A DNA stretch of 63,883 nucleotides, counting the filler, from Octopus bimaculoides (lineage: Eukaryota): assembly GCF_001194135.2 (NCBI RefSeq). It is 4 parts of 3 records of this genome, joined end to end, with 100 filler letters (N's around TTAATTAATTAA, not from the genome) between each part and the next. Parts side by side here need not be neighbours in the genome. Positions count along the whole stretch, not along the records: positions 28,469 to 39,234 come from NC_068986.1; positions 39,335 to 62,057 come from NC_068996.1; 2 more parts are not named here. The stretch is one strand, 5' to 3'. The position numbers and the translations under genes were made by a program. The notes under the pieces were generated by a model. The model did no database searches. It had not been told where the DNA came from and saw nothing but the letters and a program-made list of their open reading frames with translations. Positions 37,746 to 51,269 of this stretch are shown one piece after another; positions within the stretch are counted from its first letter, which is position 1; each line of letters begins with the position of its first letter.

Positions 37746-38728
37746 TATACTTTAAAAGTGTAACTTTTTTTGTAATCTATTTCCATTTAAACATTCAAAT
37801 TTGCCACACAATCACTTTTTTCTAATTTGAATTAATAGCAAATTTCATTTATCAAAACCTTTTCTTTTTGCCATGAGTAATTCTTATCTTTCCTTTGACA
37901 TTTTATCTTCATGATAAAATGTTGATTGCTTTTGTCAATTTTAGTATGCATTTGTATTGGTTGTAACAATCTTTACAACAATATTTGCAAAATGAATTAA
38001 AAGTTGTAGCTTAAAATTATAATGTATATCTCTTTAAAAGATTTTCAGTTAGATCTAGGAGAAAGTTTCAGTGTTTTAAAACTGTTTAATGACTCCCTCA
38101 GATTAAAACCAACACTTTATTAAAATTAATGAATAGTTAGACATTTCTGAACTGATTTGTCAACAACACAACAAACCTGGCGTCTTTTGTTCCTAGTTTC
38201 ATTCTTCAATAATCAACTGGCTTTTTTCCAACAAAACTGCTTAAGAGACCAACCCTCCCCAAAACTAATTTATCCTTTGTTTAAGCATTCACTACACACA
38301 CACACACACACACACACACATGGGTTTAAAAACAAGTGGCCAAACATCTAGACTGGACTCTCCCAAACATCCTTTGTTCAACCCCCCAGACTCAAACAAA
38401 CAAATTTATTTTTAGATATTTGACATTTTTCAATAAACAGTTGAGATCCCTTACATATATATAATGCAATGCACTCAATATTCCACAAATTTAGTAAAAT
38501 TCCAATAGAAATGAAAGCATTTCCTGGCACCCTTCTTTTGAGGGTGACCTCAATAGTGACAACAGCATTATAAAAACCTCCAGAGTACACTTTAAAGTGG
38601 TTGGCATTAGGAAGGAAATCCAAAGCAGACACTGGAGCATGATGCAGTCCTTGGACCCATTGGATCTTTGTCAAATTATTCAACCCATACCAGCATGGAA
38701 CATGGAAATTAAATGATGATGATGATGA

Positions 38729-38761
<33 letters not shown>

Positions 38762-38924
38762 GTATATGTACACACAGGTATATATATATATATATCCATA
38801 TATACTCTCTCTCACACACATACACACACACATGTGCATATATATATATATATATTTGTATGCATATATATTATCATCATCATCGTTTAACATCCGCCAA
38901 TTATGCTGGATATATATATATATA

Positions 38925-39234
38925 TGGAAGCTTAAAGACCCTGCAAACGGACAGAGACTTAGAGACAAGTTACTTGAAGCATTTAACGAAATAGAAGGGG
39001 ATATAGCATCATACAACGTGGAAGACAATTGGAGATTTCTGCGGGACAACCTGTTGAAAGCCACCGACCAGATTTGTGGGTGGTGTAAGGTCCCCTCCCA
39101 ACCCAGAGTAACGTGGTGGTGGAACAAGGAGGTAGACAGGGCTATTAGACAAAAGAAACAGGCTTGGAAGGACTGGAAGAACGGTGGTAGCAGGGAATTG
39201 TACCAATGTGCCAGAAGGGAGGCTAGGCGACAGG
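38925..39234 (+). mobile_element. RTE-clade LINE ORF2 fragment (endonuclease-RT linker), open to the scaffold linker
   Basis: IWKLKDP..VEDNWRFLRDNLLKATDQICGW..TWWWNKEVDRAIRQKKQAWKDWK..Y..ARREARR is the typical RTE linker. Confidence 0.85.
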
Positions 39235-39334
39235 NNNNNNNNNNNNNNNNNNNNNNNNNNNNNNNNNNNNNNNNNNNNTTAATTAATTAANNNNNNNNNN
39301 NNNNNNNNNNNNNNNNNNNNNNNNNNNNNNNNNN
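39235..39334. other. Artificial scaffold linker
   Basis: 44 N + TTAATTAATTAA + 44 N. Confidence 0.95.
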
Positions 39335-40330
39335 ACATCGTCAGAGGCTCCATCCTCAACGCATGTCTGCACATTGTCAGACACAATATGCCGTCCTCCA
39401 TTCAGCAGCATTTGACAACAAATGGAATACTTGAAAGCGTCCCTTCCACGGAAAGCGGAAGTGTATGCGCTCCAGTTTGATCAGACGTAAACTGGGGCAA
39501 GGTACGACGTTTAAGAAGTAAGATATAACAGAGGCGATGTATTCTTTCACCACCTCTGCCCGATCTTTCAGAGCTAGTTTTTTTTCTCGGCCAATTTCTG
39601 AGTGAGATTAGCTACTGTTCTCGTCATTTCGACCTAGTTCTTCTCCGTCTGGAGATGTAGACCAGTCGACTCACTTTTCCGCAGCTCGTCTTTGGACTGA
39701 ACTACAGTCCTGGATCAAGCGTAGACCGATGCAGAACGTCTGGCACCTAAAATGTCGAAAGGTACACATCAATCGGTGGAAGTGCCAGTTTTGCGTTCTG
39801 TAGAGGATCAGTGGTGGGCAATTGGGATGACATTCTCGAGGAGGTTCTGGGCGTCGACAAGAATCAGCTTGGCTGGTTGTCCTGGGGGACTTTCGTGCCG
39901 GAACCTATGGATAATTTCCAGAAATCCTTGGCCTCTCAGTGCTACCGGGAGTGGGGATACTGCCGGTTCGGGATGAAATCTACAGACATGGAATTGCCGT
40001 CAGCCGAGCTTGCACGAGACTCTCGCTGAGTGATGAAACTGTTCTGCGCACTCTCGTACCAATGCCCGAGCACTGTTGTCTTGTGGGTTTATGTTGAACA
40101 GATGCTACGTGTAGGACGGATCCGGCTATCAGCTGAGTCTATTCTGATGATCGCCCCGCCGCATTCCTTTGGCCTAGAAGGGCAAGCACTGTTTCTTTGT
40201 CTGATAGACTTAGCGAAAGTGGTTGTGTGATGGATCGGATTGAACGGGCTGAAGACAGATACTTTCCTCATCCAAACCATCATCAACGTTTTCGAACCCA
40301 CGATCTAGCCATTGTGAGTGCAACACTCTA
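39335..40330 (-). mobile_element. L1/Tx1-like LINE remnant, ORF1-like segment joined to an ORF2 C-terminal segment
   Basis: LQTEKN*VEMTRTVANLTQKLAE and YIASVISYFLNVVPCPSLRLIKLERIHFRFPWKGR resemble the L1/Tx1 post-RT region. Upstream FRCQTF resembles a decayed zinc knuckle. Confidence 0.55.
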
Positions 40331-40412
40331 ACAATTAGACCACACCTTTTTACCATTATTACCTTCATTTTCATCCATCAATACCCTCACCTCAACGCAG
40401 AAAAAATATATG

Positions 40413-40460
<48 letters not shown>

Positions 40461-41739
40461 CCCAGTCATCTCATTCATTAATTTTACTCATTCACAATGA
40501 TTATTCAACAGATAGAGAAATATCCTATTCATAACCAAAAGATGAGACAGCGCAATCTTCGCAACGGAATCGGCTCATAGCTAGAACCGTTCTTACACGC
40601 GATAGCAACAGCAAGACACAGTTTCGCAACTGTTTTCCTCGAGAAGCTGAGCTTATAGAGGACAATTCTTCTTGCAGCACTTTACGGATGTGCTGGAACT
40701 ATGATGTATGTAGAAATTTCACTCTAACCGGCAGGCAGTATCCAAAGATAGTTGAAACTGCCAGATGTCGAACTTTTGAACTTTAAGTAATCTCTGACAT
40801 GAAAGTCCCACACAAGAGGCTGTTAAATCTGTCCTCATCGTTTTTTTATCTCCCTAAGCACCATTACCCCTAATACTACAACCCTTTATAGAACTTTATC
40901 TACAGTGGAAATAGACCCTATCTGAGCTCTATCTCCTTTTCAGATAAAACCCAGATGGTAAATGGTTGTCGTGCTGGTAGTGGGCTGGGAATTCTTAGCA
41001 TATTGTAAATTATAAGCGTCCTTTACAAACTTGACCCAAGACAGCAGCTCAAGAAGCTAATAGAAATTGTGAAAAAGAAGCGTCCAAGAATTTATTCAGA
41101 TGATGCTATTGTAGTTATGGCTTCACATCCGCTATCATAATTTCTAGTTACATCCGTAATTTATTGGTGCCAGCAACAGATGGACTTTCTAACCAAAAGT
41201 AATTGCGATTTCCACAAGACATGAAATGGCTGCTTTTGTTTTCCAGGGAAGATATTCTTTTGTGGAAAATCCTATGAATAGGCATGCAACGCTAAAGTAT
41301 GTCAGCATGTGCCACTTCCATCAGATCTTTCAGAAATGGTTGCCTCTCAGCTCATTTCTAGATGAGAACATGTTAAACACTTGGCATAGATAAATTCGAC
41401 TATCCAGATGCTGTACTACAAGTTCATTGACTTTTCTTGCTTATCCTTGTTCATGTCATGACTATTAGGTTGGAGCAGATACTTCGATTTCCGATGTGTC
41501 CGATAGAATGACATCGATGTCATATGTTCTATAGTTCGAGCAGGATGCTATTCTGCAGCACCTTGGCTAATATCTTTAATTCTATATTTATACCGGGATT
41601 ATAAGCCTAACAATGTCCGCTCTATGTCCTCCTTTCTCTCAATCTTCCATTGCAACTCGATCACTCTTCGGGTTCAAATAACTATATAAGCTTCTACTTT
41701 GTTACCAGTTACCAACTCTGCTAAGTTTCAATAAAGACA

Positions 41740-42000
41740 AATCGTTAAACCTTTCACTCCATACGCTGTGTAGATCATCGATGACTATTCCCCCACTTTT
41801 CTCAACACTGGGCTGCCTTTTCTGCTTTTCTCCCTGCTTTCTCAGTTCTGCCTCACAATCCGACCTCCATGTATTTTTAGGAAGTCCTCTTCTCCACCTG
41901 CTTCGTGGATTACAGGTCAAGTCCTGACGTGTAATGCAGAATGTTTGTTTTCTTAAGGAGTAGCCTATCTCTCCCCACTTGTACTTTTTTTCAGATTTCG
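41740..42000 (-). mobile_element. RTE LINE 3' ORF2 remnant
   Basis: KWGEIGYSLRKQTFCITRQDLTCNPRSRWRRGLPKNTWRSDCEAEL resembles the RTE C-terminal [30 protein letters not shown]. Confidence 0.75.
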
Positions 42001-42929
42001 CTATATCGTATCATATATTTCCCTGGTGGTAGACCTTCTTGTTGCAGGTCTTGTTCGTTTTTTATTGTCATTGGTGCTTTTGTAACTTAGTTTTATTTTT
42101 TTCTCTTGGTGTGTTAGCCTCATTTTTTTAACTTCTGGCCTCTATCCTTTGATAGAGACCTGGCAAAGGATATCGTGCCTCGCTGGCATAGCTCTCAGGG
42201 TCATTGAGATATACAAGTCACCACTCCAGAACAAGGACTGAATCATGTGACAGTATTAAAAAAAAAAGAGTTAGTATGAAAAAAAAAAAAACCCACGTGG
42301 TCCCGGAAATTTGCTCCACGTTCAACCTCCGAAAATATTTCGTACCTCGTATGCTATTATTGCAGCCTTTCGTGTCTTTTCTGTTGAGAAATACAGAGAA
42401 GTGCTATGATCATCCACCTTCTCCGATTCATCCTTCCGTTCTTAAAAGAGTTCAAAGTGGCTCTGAAACGTTTGCTAAGACCCAAGACTTCACACACCTA
42501 ATCACATCCGTCCAAGATTTTATTCTGGTTCTCTTGTTACATCAGGGAGAGTTTATGCGCCTTCGTGTCTCAGAGCACAAATATTAAAGAATTTTTCTCG
42601 TAGATAACACTTTCAGTTCCATCTTATCAACCCTGTTCATTGTAGGATTTCTGTGCTGTGCATTTACTTGTTTAAACGTTGTCCATACACATCGCGAATA
42701 TGTCAACTGCATAGTCAACTGCACAAAACTATAAACATCCTGTTATAATATATAATTCTAGCAAACCTAGTTATGCATTGACCAGGGGGGGGAAATAGAA
42801 TATCAGTCAAGGTGACATTGATGAGTAATAAAGGAATATTAAAAATATAAAATGGTAGTTTGTGATATGATTTGGGGGAAATTTCGTCGCTATTTCACAT
42901 CAAATAACCCTTTCTAATATAGACATAAG

Positions 42930-43125
42930 GACTGAAATTTTTGAGGAGGAGGCCAGTCTATTAGATGGACTCCAGTACGCGACTGGTACTTAATTTATCG
43001 ACCCTGAAAGGATGGAAGGCAAAGTCGACCTTGGCGGAATTTGAACTCGGAACGTAGCGACAGGCGAAATACCACTAAACATTTCGTCCAGCGTGCTAAC
43101 GATTCTGCCAGCTCGCCGCCCCCAG
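42930..43125 (-). mobile_element. SINE family B copy
   Basis: Near-exact reverse complement of 61669-61830. Confidence 0.85.
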
Positions 43126-44001
43126 TTTCACATCAAATAATGATACGGAATTAATGGAGATTCTTGCCTCTCATAAGATAAAGACATTTCTCATAGCATC
43201 AGCAGACAAAATGGAAAAAAGCGTTGTCCCGGAGGATAACGAGGGAGATGCGCTGAAAAAGTCACTCTCACTCAGGGGGTTCGCATTTGCAGACAGCAAT
43301 CTCTACCCCGATATCGGTGAGCANNNNNNNNNNNNNNNNNNNNNNNNNNNNNNNNNNNNNNNNNNNNNNNNNNNNNNNNNNNNNNNNNNNNNNNNNNNNN
43401 NNNNNNNNNNNNNNNNNNNNNNNNNNNNNNNNNNNNNNNNNNNNNNNNNNNNNNNNNNNNNNNNNNNNNNNNNNNNNNNNNNNNNNNNNNNNNNNNNNNN
43501 NNNNNNNNNNNNNNNNNNNNNNNNNNNNNNNNNNNNNNNNNNNNNNNNNNNNNNNNNNNNNNNNNNNNNNNNNNNNNNNNNNNNNNNNNNNNNNNNNNNN
43601 NNNNNNNNNNNNNNNNNNNNNNNNNNNNNNNNNNNNNNNNNNNNNNNNNNNNNNNNNNNNNNNNNNNNNNNNNNNNNNNNNNNNNNNNNNNNNNNNNNNN
43701 NNNNNNNNNNNNNNNNNNNNNNNNNNNNNNNNNNNNNNNNNNNNNNNNNNNNNNNNNNNNNNNNNNNNNNNNNNNNNNNNNNNNNNNNNNNNNNNNNNNN
43801 NNNNNNNNNNNNNNNNNNNNNNNNNNNNNNNNNNNNNNNNNNNNNNNNNNNNNNNNNNNNNNNNNNNNNNNNNNNNNNNNNNNNNNNNNNNNNNNNNNNN
43901 NNNNNNNNNNNNNNNNNNNNNNNNNNNNNNNNNNNNNNNNNNNNNNNNNNNNNNNNNNNNNNNNNNNNNNNNNNNNNNNNNNNNNNNNNNNNNNNNNNNN
44001 N

Positions 44002-44059
<58 letters not shown>

Positions 44060-44676
44060 CACGTGATTGCGTATGTGTTTTGAGGCTATCATTCATTGAT
44101 GTATACTGGCGTAGGATAAAAAGATATAAGCGTTGACAAGAAAAATGAAAAGCAAAAATGAAGGCTCTCAAGATATTTGTTAAGCATCGAGTTACAAACA
44201 CTCAGTTGCCAATCAGAAGCGCAGTGAACCAGTGATTGGCCTGCTGGAAATATGCCATCAAAGACACCGTTTCTGATATTCAACGTTAATTAAATAGAAC
44301 GCTCTCTCGGAGACAGGATCCGAAGCCAGAGTTTAAATACAGCCAACATAACTGAAAACTGACTTGAGGGCAGCTTCGTTTAAGACATCTTTTGGACCTT
44401 AAGAAAAATTTTAAAATAGCACAGCATACTATCGAACCACTAATCAGACGTAGGACGTTACCAGTTTGAACGGTGTTGAAATGTACTTTGCATTTTTCGT
44501 GTTATTTCCAGACAGACGCACAGGAGGCAGCCTCTACTAATAAATTACGTTAGCAGCAAACCGGAATTTAATTTCAACACTGTTTCATTATTTTTCAACC
44601 GGAAGTAGAGCACAGTCTATCATTAAATCATTCGAACAAGTGTGTATGTGCTTGTATATAAATATATATGTATATA

Positions 44677-44712
<36 letters not shown>

Positions 44713-45120
44713 TGTAGGTATGTGTATATATATATGTATATACACATTCGCATGTGAGAATTTACCTGTCCCGTATGAGCGTTTATGTGTGTGACTGTAG
44801 TTATGAGTATAAATATGTATGTATGTAGATGTGTGTGTGTCATCTCTTTTCACCTCCTTCTACATGATAGCATTCTCGTTTTGTTTCTAACTCTTCATTA
44901 TTTTCACCCCCATTTGCAATGTCACTGCTTCTTTCTTTTCTTCTATCTTTTTCCCCTTCCTTCTTTCTATCTTTCGCTTTGTATCTTTTTATTTTTGATG
45001 AGGGGCTAACGTCCGAAATGTGAATACGCTTTCTATTCCCATTAACGGGTTTAGGAAATACCTTATTTTAAAGCTTTAATCTTTCTTGCTTTGTGAATAT
45101 ACATACGAGTGTGTATGTAT

Positions 45121-45153
<33 letters not shown>

Positions 45154-46181
45154 CGTATACATAAAGGTAACTAGGTAGCTACCTAGCTAGCTTGATAACT
45201 GGATTGATAGATACCCACTGACTCATACGCAATTTATACGCACATACACATACATACATACATACATACATACAAACATACATACATACGTGCATACATA
45301 CATACATACATACACACATACATACGCACATACATACATACATACATACAAACATACATACATATATACATATATATATATACATCATATATACATACAC
45401 ACATGTGTATGTATGTAAGCATGCATGTATGTAAGTGTGTGTGTAGGTATATATGAATGTGGAAAGGGAAGAACGTAGGGAAGAGAGATAGAGAGAGAAA
45501 GAGTGAGAGAGAGAGAGAGAGAGAAAGAATTAGAGAGAGAGAGAGAGAGAGAGAGAAGGAATTAGAGAGAGAGAGAGAGAGAGAGTGAATAACAGAGAGA
45601 AAAAGATTAAGGGAGAGAGAGCGAGGCAGAGAGAACATATGGCGATAGCATCTTGATATATTTTTAGAAGCTAAAAAGACAGCCATTGCTTATCTGTTAT
45701 CCGATCTGTTACACAACTCCTTGTTTCTCTTCATTTATCACTCACACAACATGTTAGCTTGTATACGCCTTGAAGTGTGCACATTGAGACAGCTAGCCTT
45801 CAACAGAATACTGTTAGTAATTATACAATTTNNNNNNNNNNNNNNNNNNNNNNNNNNNNNNNNNNNNNNNNNNNNNNNNNNNNNNNNNNNNNNNNNNNNN
45901 NNNNNNNNNNNNNNNNNNNNNNNNNNNNNNNNNNNNNNNNNNNNNNNNNNNNNNNNNNNNNNNNNNNNNNNNNNNNNNNNNNNNNNNNNNNNNNNNNNNN
46001 NNNNNNNNNNNNNNNNNNNNNNNNNNNNNNNNNNNNNNNNNNNNNNNNNNGAGAGAAACAGACACACAAAAAGACAGACAGACAGGTAGACAGACAGAGA
46101 TAGGGAGAGACAAACAGACAAACAGACAAGCAAGCAAGTACGCAGGCAAGCAGGAAGACAGACAGACAGGCTGGCAGATAC

Positions 46182-46214
<33 letters not shown>

Positions 46215-46218
46215 GAGG

Positions 46219-46250
<32 letters not shown>

Positions 46251-47159
46251 TTTACATGAGTGGACCGAAAGGTCTTCTCCAGTACTGCCGTGAGTGCTAC
46301 ATTATTTGTACAATGTAGAAGATGTTACATTAATGCTGTTCAAATGACACTATCAACCTCACATCACATAAATACATCTTTTTATTACTGAAATTTCCCT
46401 GCTTTATTCAATATTATCCTGGAAGAAATCAATGGTCAAAGTAACCCCATTGCATTTAAACTGGGAAAATACCAACTAAACCACTGCCATCCGGATATAT
46501 TTAGGGAAACAAGTCACCATCAGGATTGTTATTAAGTTAGGTATGGCTTGGGTCAATAATGGCCAATTGATTATCGGAGCCTTCCTGTCCATTCATCTTT
46601 CTGCCCATCATCAATCGTATTATATTCAACCACCCCCAGGGCTGATCATTACACAAGTCCTTTCCGCAATGTAGGCTATATGGATTTTTCTCCCTGTGTA
46701 TGTATTTTCACGGAGGGATCGAGGTATGAATGTTTAAATGAGCCTTCACAGTATCTCTGTTACAGACCTACAGGGCCTACGATGGCTACGAACCTCACTC
46801 TCTCGCAAGGCTACGCCGTTTCTACTTCATACAAAACAAAACATATGCAAGCATATGTTTTTTGTGGAGCATTTCAGTATGAACCGGCAAATATTACTAG
46901 AAAGTCGTGTTACAAAGATAGCGGGTAACGATTGGGACTTATGTATGCACATATAAGACACGATTTAAAGAACATACACTTGAAAAATGTTGCAGGGCCA
47001 TTTGACACAGAGCTCCACCTCTACGGCTCTACTTATATGTAGAAAACAATGAGAGAAATGAGAAAAAATAGTGGATTGAAGAAAATTTGACTGCTATTTT
47101 TGGTATCTAGTTACACATTAGGGATCACTGTTAGGATCAATCCTACATAAAAAATTAAT

Positions 47160-47320
47160 AAGCACGGTCTGTATGGTAAGAAATTTGCTTCCCAACGACA
47201 TGGTTCCGGGTTTAGTCCCACTGCGTGTCACCTTGGGCAAGCGTCTTCGACTACGGCCACGGGCCAACCAATGACTTGTGACTGGATTTGGTAGACAGAA
47301 ACTAAGAGAATCCGTGTGTG
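47160..47320 (+). mobile_element. SINE family A head
   Basis: Aligns to 49740-49880. Confidence 0.8.
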
Positions 47321-47340
47321 TGTATGGGTATGTGTGTGTG

Positions 47341-47423
<83 letters not shown>

Positions 47424-47425
47424 GA

Positions 47426-47463
<38 letters not shown>

Positions 47464-47509
47464 TGCTTATTCATATACGACTTAACAGACAACTCAAACC
47501 TGTCCCGGA

Positions 47510-47920
47510 TGCGCATGTAAAGACAAATTTAAATGCCCTTTAAGAACAGCAGTGCAATATATCTTCTGTCGTTTATGAAAGACAGGTTACAGTAAACTAC
47601 GATAATGGTCGTGCAAATATCAAACGTTATACGGGAGCCGTCGAAGGAAAATTTAAATTTAGATATAACAACATGTTTCAAATTTTAGGTACCCTGATAA
47701 GAGACAGTCAACAGCCCCTTTCGGCTTTAATCGGGAACCAAAGGGACCAATTTCGATATCAACCGTAAAATCCTCTTTAAATCTAGATTCTATATTAACA
47801 GATCTAAAAAATGTTTTGTATATTCGCTTGAAAAACTGTATATATTAAAACATTTGAGAATCTCCAACGAATACATAAATTCGAGGAACGAGATTCTTTC
47901 TTCGTGTTTCACATTTTAAA
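47510..47920 (+). mobile_element. Penelope-like GIY-YIG region remnant
   Basis: GCACKDKFKCPL..SSVVYE..KRYTGAVEGKFKFRYNN..FRYPDKRQSTAL..EKLYILKH..NSRNEILSSCF follows the PLE C-terminal consensus, with frameshifts. Confidence 0.75.
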
Positions 47921-48058
47921 AAAATACATCTTGTCGGAATTTAAAAGTAGACCGCCGGACACTTAGCAAGCATCTGTCTTACATCTGCTTGACATCGAAT
48001 CATTGTAAGGTCAATATTGCGTTTTATCTTTTTGTCTTGTTTACAAGCATCTCTTGTT

Positions 48059-48111
<53 letters not shown>

Positions 48112-48114
<3 letters not shown>

Positions 48115-48300
48115 GAGAAATGGTTAACGGTATTTCGTCTGCCGCTACGTTCTGAGTTCAAATTCCGCCGAGGTCGACTTTGCCTTTCATCCTTTCGGGG
48201 TCGATTAAATAAGCACCAGTTACGCACTGGGGTCGATATAATCGACTTAATCCGTTTGTCTGTCTTTGTGTAGCCCCTTGTGGGTAGTAAAGAAATAACA
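48112..48300 (+). mobile_element. SINE family B copy, 5' truncated
   Basis: GTATTTCGTCTGCCGCTACGTTCTGAGTTCAAATTCCGCCGAGGTCGACTTTGCCTTTCATCCTTTCGGGGTCGA. Confidence 0.85.
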
Positions 48301-48587
48301 CGCACATGTACACACATACACACATACACACACTCGTGCGCGTAGATCAAGACATACACACTTGAAACCAAAGATCTTTCCGCAATGGTGATATATATTA
48401 ATAGGACAACAAAGAAACAAATATTACAGAAAATCTACGAAATTTTCTCAAACATTTTAATATCAACAAACTTTTGTTTTAGAGATTAAAATTTTATAAC
48501 TCATATTCATTTGACATATGCATGATACGCCGATTAACAATTATTTGTTTTCATTTTTTTACTCCTATCTAGTGTCACATTCTCTTA

Positions 48588-48764
48588 GGCGCAGGAGTGG
48601 TTGTGTGGTAAGTAGCTTGCTTACCAACCACATGGTTCTGGGTTCAGTCTCACTGCGTGGCACCTTGGGCAAGTGTATTCTACTATAGCTTCGGGCCGAC
48701 CAAAGCCTTGTGAGTGGATTAGGTAGACGGAAACTGAAAGAAGCCCGTCGTATATATGTATATA

Positions 48765-48795
<31 letters not shown>

Positions 48796-48995
48796 GAGTG
48801 CGTGTGTTTGTGTGTTTGTCCCCCAACATTGCTTGGCAACCGATGCTGGTGTGTTTACGTCCCTGTTACTTTGCGGTTCGGCAAAATAAACCGATAGAAT
48901 AAGTACTAGGCTTACAAAGAATAAGTCCTGAGGTCGATTTGCTCGACTAAAGGTGGTGCTCCAGCATGGCCGCAGTCAAATGACTGAAACAAGTA
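48588..48995 (+). mobile_element. SINE family A, full length
   Basis: A-box-like TGGTTGTGTGG and B-box-like GGTTCAGTCTC, internal (TA)(TATG)(TG) linker, tail ACTGAAACAAGTAAAAG. Confidence 0.9.
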
Positions 48996-49616
48996 AAAGT
49001 GTAAAAGAGTAATTGTTTAGAAGCAAATATAATGAGTGAATGTATTGGCCAGTGAGGTGTATGTTTCTGGTTGGAACCCCCAGGTTTTCTCTCCTGAAAT
49101 CGCCTGGTTAAGAGTTCATCCGGGTACAGGAACACTACCGGACACCTTGTAATTATGTTATGCTACCAACCAGCATGTTACATTGGGTGTTTAAGAACTC
49201 AAAGGTGCATAAAACAACCCCACAAACATCAAAAACAAGCTGAAGATGACTGTCACTTCACACTCGTCTTCAGATGTCTGGGTACGCCCCCTGGCGCACA
49301 CATTCCCTAGCCTCTAATCACCGTGAAAGGCTGAAAGAGACTGAAGATTTTTGGAAGAGAATCTCTGGAGAAATGTTCCCCATATTGTGACGTCATAGAC
49401 AATATAGGAATATTCAAATTTCATTGGATGAAACAAATAATTCTTCAACTCTCATACACAAAGCACGCAGGCACACACACGCACATCATTCACATACACA
49501 TACACACACATACACACATATACGCGCATATTCACGCACTAACTTGCATTATATGCAGATATATTTATAAATAAATGTTTAATATACATGTATGTACAAA
49601 TGTGTGGATACATGTA

Positions 49617-49655
<39 letters not shown>

Positions 49656-49724
49656 GTATCTTTATATGTATGCTTGTCTACACATGTAGGTTTGTTTGTG
49701 AAAGTGTGTTTGTGTGTGAGTATG

Positions 49725-50165
49725 TAGGCACAGGAGTGGCTGTGTGGTAAGTAGCTTGCTTACCAACCACATGGTTCCGGGTTCAGTCCCACTGCGTGGC
49801 ACCTTGAGCAAGTGTCTTCTACTATAGCCTCGGGCCGACCAAAGCCTTGTGAGTGGATTTGGTAGACGGAAACTGAAAGAGGCCCGTCGTATATATATGC
49901 ATGTATGTGTGTATGTGTTTGTGTGTATGTGTTTGTGTGTATGTGTTTGTGTGTCTGTGTTTGTCTTCCCAACATCGCTTGACAACCGATATCGGTGTGT
50001 TTACGTCCCCGTAACTTAGCGGTTTGGCAAAAGAGACCGATAGAATAAGTACTAGGCATCCAAAGAATAAGTCCTAGGGCCGATTTGCTCGACTAAAGGC
50101 GGTGCCCCAGCATGGCCGCAGTCAAATGACTGAAACAAGTAAAAGAGTAAAGAGTAAAAGAGTAT
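49725..50165 (+). mobile_element. SINE family A, full length, young
   Basis: GGCACAGGAGTGGCTGTGTGG..GGTTCAGTCCC head, microsatellite linker, (AAAGAGT)n tail. Confidence 0.9.
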
Positions 50166-51008
50166 GTATTTATGTGTGTGTTTCTGAGGTGGGGGTATAA
50201 GAATGTATATAGGTTAAGTAAACATCAGTAATGCCTTGCCCCAAGCAGAAATTGCAGGAGCTACTCAGGTGTTTGCAATCACTTCTAAATTCATTAGAAT
50301 GTTGGGAACCCATCAGCAGGTATCTCAGGACCTCAAGCATTTCGTCCCTTAACCTTTATGCTCCGCCTATAAGTAGGGCAGCGTGGGCTGAATTAGTCTT
50401 CGCCTGTGGAGGGGCTCCACTTGTGGTCTTTTGTCAGTCACATCTACATTGAGCTGTCGTGTTTCCCTGCTTGGTGGCTTTCTCTCGTCGCTTATGTTTC
50501 AGACAAATTTTCTGCAGAAAATAGCGCACCGAACCGAACAAGCTGGAAAGCTGTGATATGGTTGTTTGTGTACTCCTGGAGAGCAGAAATATGTCAGGTC
50601 GAAGATGCGCTGTACACACACACACAGCGATAGTGGAAAGAAAAAAACAAACTAACAGACAAGAAAACAAACATGCAGATAAACAAATAAACAAATAAAC
50701 AAACAAACAAGCAAATAAGCAAAGCTTTGTGATGTGATGTCAGCAGTTTAGTTGCAGACGACTCTGCAATGCAACAGGTTGTACCATGTTATACCAGTAT
50801 ATCTCATTGCATAGTTAGGTGATCGGTAACGCTCTCAAGTGATTTGATTACATGTGTTTGAGTGTATATCTGTGCGTCTGTGTATGTGTGTGTGTGTATG
50901 GTTGAGCGTGTGTGTGTGTGAATTAATGCGTATATTTGTGTATTTTTGTATATCAATTCATTTAAGAAACATTCCGATGTACCTAAAGTATTCCATCGTT
51001 GGGTTATA

Positions 51009-51243
51009 TTGGGTTGGTGCATAACTATTGCGGCTTTTTTTCAACAAATTTTATTCAACAAAAACGATAACATGTAACAAAGACATCTTTGGAGCATATT
51101 CACCATCTACTTCAATTACTGTTTCCCATTTGCTTGGGAAATGGTCAGTCCGTCATTTAAAGATGTTTTTGCTAAATATTGTTATTGTTTTTGTTGAATA
51201 AAATTTTTTGAAAAAAAGCCGCAATAATTATGCACCAACCGAA
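51009..51243. mobile_element. mariner-derived MITE
   Basis: TA-flanked long TIRs TTGGGTTGGTGCATAACTATTGCGGCTTTTTTTCAA and its near-complement. The interior keeps a transposase 3' end (KWETVIEVDGEY, minus strand). Confidence 0.88.
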
Positions 51244-51269
51244 TATATATCATATGTGCTTATTGTATA

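Noticed and set aside
43270-43323. Possible exon end LTDIGVEIAVCKCEPP with donor gtgaga
   Set aside because: The start is hidden in a gap and the visible part is too short to support.
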